Assembly: GCA_026395965.1 (NCBI GenBank)
Contig: JAPLXS010000006.1
Span: 10,851-74,850 of the forward strand
Direction: 5' to 3'
Source of the DNA: Candidatus Nomurabacteria bacterium
GTDB taxonomy: Bacteria; Patescibacteriota; Minisyncoccia; Phycocordibacterales; UBA9973
Length of the DNA: 64,000 nt
Within the stretch, counting starts at the first letter, position 1, and each line of letters begins with the position of its first letter. Positions 58,099 through 64,000 of the stretch are shown piece by piece. The notes under the pieces were generated by a model. It was not told where the DNA came from. It was given only the letters and a program-made list of their open reading frames with translations, and searched no databases. The position numbers and the translations under genes were made by a program.

Positions 58099-60378
58099 TT
58101 ATTTTGCGTATGCAGTTGCATCTTCCATATGGATAGATAGCAGCTTTGAAGCACCTTCAGAACTCATAGTGACTCCATAGAGTACCTGAGCTCGTGACAT
58201 GGTCTCACGGTTGTGAGTAACCACAATAAGCTGTGAATACTTTGATAGGTTTTCCAACATATTTCCGTATTTACGAGAGTTTGCTTCATCAAGAGCTGCA
58301 TCTGTCTCATCTAAAACAAGGAATGGTGGTGGGTTTACCTGAGAAATCGCAAACAAAAGTGCTATAGAAGTTAAAGATCTTTCACCTCCTGATAGCATGT
58401 GTAGATCTTTAACTTTTTTGTGTGGAAGATTTATATTTATCTCTATACCTCTTTCAAAACCAATTTCATTTTCATCTTCATCTGTATCTATTTCTTCCCC
58501 TTCTGCTACAGATTCATCATTTTTCTTTGGCTTTTTGTGTTCCATAGTTATAGAAAGAAAAGCTCCTCCCCCACCAAACATAAGTGCAAAAAATTCTTGG
58601 AATTGTTTGTTTATTTTTTCTACGCCTCCTTTGAATTCTGCATCCAATTTTTCTTTTAATTCCTGAATCAAGATATTGCAATCCTTTATACTTTTATTTA
58701 AATCTTCGATTTCTTTTGCCAAAAATGCATCACGCTCGGTGGTCTCTTCATATTCTTTTATTATATCTCCTCCACCACCACTACCTGCATCTTCAATCTT
58801 TATCTTTATGCGTTCTATCTTACGACGAAGTTCTTCTTGGGATGAACGAACGATATCTAATGTTGATTCCATTTGTGCAAAAGATATTATTTCTCTTCCT
58901 ATTAGAACTCCAGCTTCAGCAAGCTCCATCTCAAATGCATTTTTAATCATTGAAAGTTTTTCTTCTTCAAATGAAAGTGAATGGGCACTAGAAGTAACTT
59001 CGTTTTTCTCATGCAATAAACCATACAATACACGCTCTCCATCACGGTATGAAGCTTGGTTTTCTTGTTCTTTTTGTTTAAATCCTGAGATAATATTTAA
59101 TATTTCTCTTTCTTCTATCTGTATTTTTTCTATTTCTTTTACAATCTTATCTTTTGTCTTTAATACTTCTTTATATTCAACATTATCATCAAGTGATAGA
59201 TTTTCTTCTTCATTTGAATCTTTGTTGTCGAAAAACCCACTCAAGCGTGATTTGATATTATTAAGAGTATTTACTATGCTCTCTAGATTTTCTACTTTTA
59301 TAGCATCATCTATCATTCCTGATATATCTGCAATAAAAATTCTCCATTCTGACTCTCCTATTACTTTATTTTTGACTTCTTTAACACGAGAATACTGGCG
59401 TTCTATACCTTCAATGATTCCCTCTATGCGTCCTTGCTTACGAAGTAATTCATTTTTAGTACTTCGAATAACTGAAATTTTATTTTCATTTTCTTCTATT
59501 TTTTTTGAATAAATATTTTGTACTTGATTTTCGCTATTTTGTTTTTTAAGTTCTTCAATACGAAGATCAAGTGAAGCTCCTTTTTCAGTCAACAAACTAC
59601 GAACTTCAGATAGCCTATTTTTCTCTTTATTTATGTATGTACCTTCATTCGAAAGATAAGTTTTATACAGATTACGAAGTTCCTCGCGCATCTCTCTTGC
59701 ACGCTCTACTACTTGTACCTGCTTTTTTAAGAAAGCAAGATGCGGAGCTATCTCACGTCTTAAAGCTCCTACTTCTTTTATATTCAAAAGTGTCTTGTCT
59801 AATTTTCGTGTTGATTCTTTTATTCTAAATTGATACACCTTCAAACCTAGTGCATCTTCTATCATACCTCTACGTTCTTTATTTGATGCATTTAAAACTC
59901 TATCCGCTTCACCTTGAGAAATAATATGATGTCCTGAACTTCCTATATTTACAGAAGCGAGCAAATCCACAATATCTTTGAGACGTACTTCTGTATGATT
60001 GATAGAATATTTATTTGCACCATCTGCATAAACTTCTCTACCTATTACTATCTCATCATAGTCTAGAGATACCCCTAGTCCACTATTTGTAAAAGAAAAT
60101 ATTTTATTTGTATTATCAAAAGTCATTAACACCTGTGCACGATTTGAAGAAGAGAGACCCTTTGAACCCTTAAAGATAAGGTCAATACCCCCTTTTCCAC
60201 GAAGAGATTTCATAGATTGTTCACCAAGTACAAAACGTATAGCTTCTACTATATTGGACTTACCAGACCCATTTGGCCCTACGATAGAAGTTATGGGCGT
60301 TGTAAATGACACAACGCTTTTTTTACCAAATGATTTAAATCCTGTTAACTCAATAGATTTTAGAGTCATTTTAATCAA
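58099..60378 (-). CDS. smc: SMC-family ATPase, short (759 aa) with no recognisable hinge domain.
   Basis: N-terminal Walker A IVGPNGSGKSNIVEAIRFVLG. C-terminal signature LSGGERSLTSIALLFAI with Walker B LVLDETDAALD. Long heptad-rich middle. Confidence 0.7.
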   Translation of the reverse strand: MIKMTLKSIELTGFKSFGKKSVVSFTTPITSIVGPNGSGKSNIVEAIRFVLGEQSMKSLRGKGGIDLIFKGSKGLSSSNRAQVLMTFDNTNKIFSFTNSGLGVSLDYDEIVIGREVYADGANKYSINHTEVRLKDIVDLLASVNIGSSGHHIISQGEADRVLNASNKERRGMIEDALGLKVYQFRIKESTRKLDKTLLNIKEVGALRREIAPHLAFLKKQVQVVERAREMREELRNLYKTYLSNEGTYINKEKNRLSEVRSLLTEKGASLDLRIEELKKQNSENQVQNIYSKKIEENENKISVIRSTKNELLRKQGRIEGIIEGIERQYSRVKEVKNKVIGESEWRIFIADISGMIDDAIKVENLESIVNTLNNIKSRLSGFFDNKDSNEEENLSLDDNVEYKEVLKTKDKIVKEIEKIQIEEREILNIISGFKQKEQENQASYRDGERVLYGLLHEKNEVTSSAHSLSFEEEKLSMIKNAFEMELAEAGVLIGREIISFAQMESTLDIVRSSQEELRRKIERIKIKIEDAGSGGGGDIIKEYEETTERDAFLAKEIEDLNKSIKDCNILIQELKEKLDAEFKGGVEKINKQFQEFFALMFGGGGAFLSITMEHKKPKKNDESVAEGEEIDTDEDENEIGFERGIEININLPHKKVKDLHMLSGGERSLTSIALLFAISQVNPPPFLVLDETDAALDEANSRKYGNMLENLSKYSQLIVVTHNRETMSRAQVLYGVTMSSEGASKLLSIHMEDATAYAK

Positions 60379-61066
60379 GCCAATCTTTAATTTCTAATGC
60401 GCCGCGTGCAGCAGCTTGTTCTGCTTCTTGTTTGGATTTTCCTTTTCCTTCAGCAATTAAATTATCTGCGAAAAATATCCCTATTGTAAAATGTTTGTCA
60501 TGATCAGGTCCTGCTTCATGCATTACTTTGTAGGCTGGAGTTACATTTAAATATTCTTGAGATTTTTCTTGAACCAAACTCTTTGGGTCACGCCACAACT
60601 TTTTTGCAACAATCAAATCTATCTTATTAAAAAGGGTTTTAGCAATAAAATCTTTTGCTACATCATACCCTCTATCAAGATACACAGCTCCAACATAAGC
60701 TTCATAAGTATTTGCTAGTATATACCCGCGGGCTTTGCCTATATCTTTTGCTTCTCCTTTTGAAAGAAGTAAGTATTCATTCATACCTAAACTAAGAGCA
60801 ACTTCGCCCACTATCACAGCATTTACAAGAGATGAGCGGTAAGCAGTCAAATCACCTTCATCTCTGTCTGGATATTTATTGTATAAATAGTCAGTAATAA
60901 TAAGCTCTAGTACAGCATCACCCAAAAATTCCAAACGTTCATTGTGTGAGAGCTTGGAACCTGTATTTTCATTGATATATGAACGATGAATAAAAGCCTG
61001 TTCTAATAATTTTTTATTATTAAAAACAATATTTGTTTTTTTTTCAAACTGTGAGAAGTCAATCAT
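60371..61066 (-). CDS. rnc: Ribonuclease III.
   Basis: ERLEFLGDAVLEL signature, plus a C-terminal dsRBD. Confidence 0.9.
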   Translation of the reverse strand: MIDFSQFEKKTNIVFNNKKLLEQAFIHRSYINENTGSKLSHNERLEFLGDAVLELIITDYLYNKYPDRDEGDLTAYRSSLVNAVIVGEVALSLGMNEYLLLSKGEAKDIGKARGYILANTYEAYVGAVYLDRGYDVAKDFIAKTLFNKIDLIVAKKLWRDPKSLVQEKSQEYLNVTPAYKVMHEAGPDHDKHFTIGIFFADNLIAEGKGKSKQEAEQAAARGALEIKDWLD

Positions 61067-61092
61067 TGTAATTAGTTTCTAACAGCTAGATG

Positions 61093-62007
61093 CTAAGCAC
61101 TAGCTTGTTTTGTTGTTAAAATTTCTATCGCTTTAGTCAAAAGAGGAATCATGTTGTCGTACATCCTAAGACCAGGAACTTCACTTAATGAAAACCAACG
61201 AGCATCATCGAGACCGCCTGTACCTTTTTCAAGAGTTATTTCAGAGCATTCTGATTCTCCCAAAAAGAAGACTACTTGTTTTCTGATTTTTCCTTTTTCT
61301 GGATGATTTGCAATATATTCGTTACGTCCAAGCAATTCTTTTATCTTTATGTCTAGATTCATTTCTTCTTTTATTTCACGAATAGCTCCTTCTTCTTCAT
61401 TTTCTCCTTCTTCTATACTTCCTTTTGACAGAGTCCAGTAGCCAAAAATATCATGAACAAATGCAAAATATATTTCGTCATCTTTTTTAGAATAAACAAC
61501 AGATCCTGCCTTTTTTTCTATTGGAAATTTTGCTGGGTCTGTTTCAAAAACTTTATTCTTTTTCTTTCCAACTTCATCTTTTCCTGGTTCACCTATTTCT
61601 TTGTAGACACCTCCAAGAACTCCGTTTATGAACTTACTTGAATTCTCTCCACCAAAACTTTTAGCAAGTTCAATGGATTCATTGATAGCAACTTTTGGAG
61701 GAACCTGAGTTCTATCACCAAAAAGAAGCTCGTATAAACCTATGCGGATTATATTACGGTCAACAATAGATATTTTGTCGATAGGCCAATCAGGAGCTGC
61801 TTTTTCTATTATCTCATCTATTATAGATTTCTTCTTTACAACACCAAGAAAAAGCTCAGTCATAAATTCTGAATCATCTAAGCCAGGACCAAACTCTTCT
61901 ATATTTCGGACAAGCATGTCCTCGGGGGTTATGTCTTTAGTAACAGCAAAATCCCACTCAAAGAGTGTTTGTAAAACAATTGAACGTGAAAGGTGCCTGT
62001 TTGCCAT
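61093..62007 (-). CDS. nusB: Transcription antitermination factor NusB fused to a C-terminal NUDIX hydrolase domain.
   Basis: N-terminal 140 aa NusB-like (HLSRSIVLQTLFEWDF, NESIELAKSFGGE). C-terminal GSIEEGENEEEGAIREIKEEMNL fits the NUDIX box Gx5Ex7REUxEExGU. Confidence 0.7.
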   Translation of the reverse strand: MANRHLSRSIVLQTLFEWDFAVTKDITPEDMLVRNIEEFGPGLDDSEFMTELFLGVVKKKSIIDEIIEKAAPDWPIDKISIVDRNIIRIGLYELLFGDRTQVPPKVAINESIELAKSFGGENSSKFINGVLGGVYKEIGEPGKDEVGKKKNKVFETDPAKFPIEKKAGSVVYSKKDDEIYFAFVHDIFGYWTLSKGSIEEGENEEEGAIREIKEEMNLDIKIKELLGRNEYIANHPEKGKIRKQVVFFLGESECSEITLEKGTGGLDDARWFSLSEVPGLRMYDNMIPLLTKAIEILTTKQASA

Positions 62008-62079
62008 AATATTATGTAGTACGAAGTATGTAGTATGTAGAAAGTAGTAAGATTTATAAACCTTACTACCTATTACTTA

Positions 62080-62292
62080 CTACTTACTACTTTTTTTAGC
62101 TTGTTTTTTTTCAACTTTTTTAACCACATCTAGAACTTTGCGTCCACGGTAAAAACCACAATGAGTACAAACAATGTGAGTTTCCTTTTTCTGCTCACAA
62201 TTTGTACATGTAGTAAAAACAGGCGCTTTTAGCGCATGATGTGATCTTCTGTTCCCTGTATGGGAACGTGTGTGTCTCATTCGTATAACCAT
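62080..62292 (-). CDS. rpmF: 50S ribosomal protein L32.
   Basis: RRSHHALKAP...CTNC...HIVCTHCGFYRGRKV matches the L32 zinc-ribbon pattern. Confidence 0.75.
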   Translation of the reverse strand: MVIRMRHTRSHTGNRRSHHALKAPVFTTCTNCEQKKETHIVCTHCGFYRGRKVLDVVKKVEKKQAKKSSK

Positions 62293-62376
62293 ATAGATAG
62301 TATACTGATTTTCAATAAAAAGGCAAATAAAAACACGAACCCATTAAGATTCGTGCTTTAAATGATTACCATACTA

Positions 62377-63162
62377 CTAATTTGCAGGTTTAAGAAAATC
62401 TTTTGCCTGAAGAAGAACAACCTCTGCCATATTATCAGTTCTTTCACTAATTTGAAAAAAAAGATTTATTGCATTTGAAAGGAACACCTTATGTGGTAAA
62501 TAGATATTTCCATTAATAAGATTTGTTAATGACTCGAAATAAGATGATTCAATATCTTCATCAGCTGACCCCGAATATTCATCAGGAGCATTTGAATTCA
62601 ACACAAGAAATGGATATTGAAAATGTTCTCCGCGCTTAACAAATCCACATTGTGCAGGAGATTCAAATTCAGTAATATTGCATTCATATTGAAGCTCTCT
62701 TCTTAATGTTGCTTCTTTAATGGAATCTTCAATGATCGTAATTTTACGTTCGTCAATTCCAGGAAAGTTCACAATAGCTTCTTCTATTTCAATTAAAGAT
62801 GATACAAACATATCTCTAATAGCAATTTTTTCCGAATTTGTTTTGTTCGACATCTTAGAAGTTTTTGAATCAAAAGATTCTGAAACTCCATTTATTAAAT
62901 CAAATAAATAATCCACTGAATCAGCTCTTAGTCCGATTCGATTTTGGACATTTTTTATGCCAATAATAATGTCTTGGAACTGAATAGTCCCACCCGGAAT
63001 TCTAATTTCAATGTTCTTTTTATGATCTGAGTTGTTAATATATCTAACAACTTGAATCATAATAGAATCATTAATTATCTTTACACAAATACCTGCGCAA
63101 AAGAAATTTAAATTAATCTTTTTCATTTTTAATTTTTTTAAGGTTTTTTTTAATATTAACAT
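62377..63162 (-). CDS. Hypothetical protein. Its position upstream of rpmF is where YceD/DUF177 usually sits, but no motif was confirmed.
   Basis: ORF and context only. Confidence 0.3.
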   Translation of the reverse strand: MLILKKTLKKLKMKKINLNFFCAGICVKIINDSIMIQVVRYINNSDHKKNIEIRIPGGTIQFQDIIIGIKNVQNRIGLRADSVDYLFDLINGVSESFDSKTSKMSNKTNSEKIAIRDMFVSSLIEIEEAIVNFPGIDERKITIIEDSIKEATLRRELQYECNITEFESPAQCGFVKRGEHFQYPFLVLNSNAPDEYSGSADEDIESSYFESLTNLINGNIYLPHKVFLSNAINLFFQISERTDNMAEVVLLQAKDFLKPAN

Positions 63163-63254
63163 AATAAGTCAACAAAGTCAATACCTTTAATATAAGGTAT
63201 TGACTTTAAATACATAAAGTCTTGTTTTTTATACCTATTAATTGTATTATATAA

Positions 63255-63400
63255 ATATATAGAGATTGTCATGGCTACCAACCATAATCCTTGTAAATAG
63301 GAAAATATCAATCCCTAGAAAAGAACAAAGTTGGGTGGAACCGCGACAAGACTCGCCCCGACAAAAAATGATGATTCATTTTTTGTCGGGGCCTTTTTTA
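63255..63400 (+). promoter_or_regulatory. Probable short T-box riboswitch leader of thrS: stem with an ACC-A specifier loop, a T-box sequence and a terminator.
   Basis: uuGGGUGGAACCGCG at 63332-63346 matches the T-box consensus AGGGUGGNACCGCG. It is immediately followed by terminator gccccgacaaaaaatga-tgat-tcattttttgtcggggc plus a T-tract (63355-63400). Candidate specifier loop cuACCAa at 63275-63281. The N=A pairs with the U discriminator of the tRNA-Thr in this window. Confidence 0.5.
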
Positions 63401-63431
63401 TTTATTAATTTAAAACGACGTAATTAAATAT

Positions 63432-63490
63432 AAAATTTTTTAATGGTCTGACACCTCGTCCTCCATCGTCCGAGGACCTTAAAAAATTTT
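63432..63490. repeat. Second copy of the GC-rich core tggtctgacacctcgtcctccatcgtccgaggacc, flanked by 12-bp perfect AT inverted repeats, in the thrS leader.
   Basis: Arms aaaattttttaa / ttaaaaaatttt. The core is about 88% identical to the core inside tgt. Confidence 0.55.
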
Positions 63491-63517
63491 GATATTTAAT
63501 GAAGTCATTAAAAACCC

Positions 63518-64000
63518 ATGGAAAACGACGAACACTTAGCTCATATAAGACATACACTCGCTCATTTGCTTGCGCAAGCAGCTCATATACACTACCCAAA
63601 TTCCCTATTAACTCTCGGACCATCTGTAGACAATGGTTTTTATTATGATATTGATTTTGGAAAAGATAAAATAAGCGATGAAGATTTAGTTGAATTAGAA
63701 AAAACTATGAAGAAAAATCTTTCTACATGGATAGAATTTACACACAAAGAAGTATCAGGAGATGAAGCAAAAGATATTTTTAAAGGTAATCTTTACAAAC
63801 TAGAATTAATAGAAGAGATCATCGCTCGCGGAGAAAAAATAACTCTCTACACTTGTGGTGGTTTTACAGATCTTTGTCGTGGTGGACATGCAGAAAATCC
63901 ATCCAAAGAAATACCTATTGATTCATTTAAGCTAGAACGAATTGCTGGGGCCTACTGGCGTGGAAATGAAAAGAATAAAATGCTTACTCGTATTTACGGT
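63518..64000 (+). CDS. thrS: Threonyl-tRNA synthetase, 5' part; it runs off the window. It seems to begin at the editing/second-additional-domain region without an N-terminal TGS domain.
   Basis: HIRHTLAHLLAQA (HxxxH), TLYTCGGFTDLCRGGH and AGAYWRGNEKNKMLTRIYG are ThrRS N2-domain signatures. It is absent from the ORF track because no stop codon lies within the window. Confidence 0.8.
   Translation, partial: MENDEHLAHIRHTLAHLLAQAAHIHYPNSLLTLGPSVDNGFYYDIDFGKDKISDEDLVELEKTMKKNLSTWIEFTHKEVSGDEAKDIFKGNLYKLELIEEIIARGEKITLYTCGGFTDLCRGGHAENPSKEIPIDSFKLERIAGAYWRGNEKNKMLTRIYG

Noticed and set aside
58676-59512. 278-aa plus-strand ORF, together with 58397..58946 and 59571..59828 small ORFs.
   Set aside because: They are antisense to smc and Ser/Phe-rich low complexity, typical of reverse-frame translation of a K/E-rich gene.
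63405-63623. 72-aa minus-strand ORF.
   Set aside because: It overlaps the IR-flanked repeat element and the first 100 nt of thrS on the opposite strand. The composition is dictated by the repeat, so it is treated as spurious.

Overview
AT-rich window (roughly 30% GC by eye), densely coding, with most genes on the minus strand. The small genes, archaeal-type ProRS, hinge-less SMC, several fusion proteins, tandem type IV pilin-like genes and LTD surface protein suggest a reduced-genome bacterium, possibly Patescibacteria/CPR-like; this is an inference, not a demonstrated assignment.

Housekeeping backbone:
- eno and pyk
- ddl
- uvrC, uvrA and uvrB, clustered
- tgt, mreB-mreC and proS
- rpsB-tsf
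- rpoD-dnaG-rpoC-rpoB
- rpsP, a KH-domain gene and trmD
- rnr
- smc-rnc-nusB-rpmF
- the 5' end of thrS, which runs off the window
- two tRNAs, Ala-TGC and Thr-TGT

Accessory or unusual content:
1. A tightly coupled three-gene islet between tgt and mreC: an EcoRI-methylase-like N6A MTase, a DUF262(ParB-like)-HNH nuclease and a NYN RNase. It looks like an uncharacterised restriction-modification or defence module.
2. Two paralogous VirD4/TraG-like P-loop ATPases. One is in an operon with a secreted LTD-PKD-LTD surface protein and sits next to an M23 peptidase; one ATPase carries a C-terminal zinc ribbon and a K/E-rich tail.
3. A 96-bp perfect-inverted-repeat element with a GC-rich core inserted in frame inside tgt, similar to Rickettsia palindromic elements. 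A second copy of the core lies in the thrS leader.
4. A probable short T-box riboswitch upstream of thrS.
5. Both tRNA genes are followed by extended palindromes containing an inverted partial copy of the tRNA 3' end.
6. Three tandem type IV pilin-like genes share a near-identical ~150-bp 5' segment, and one has a 25-nt deletion removing the prepilin cleavage site.
7. Fusion proteins: HTH(XRE)-MurA and NusB-NUDIX.
8. A dispersed family of GGTTGGACGTCTAA-type palindromes.

No CRISPR array, rRNA or obvious transposase/integrase was seen.
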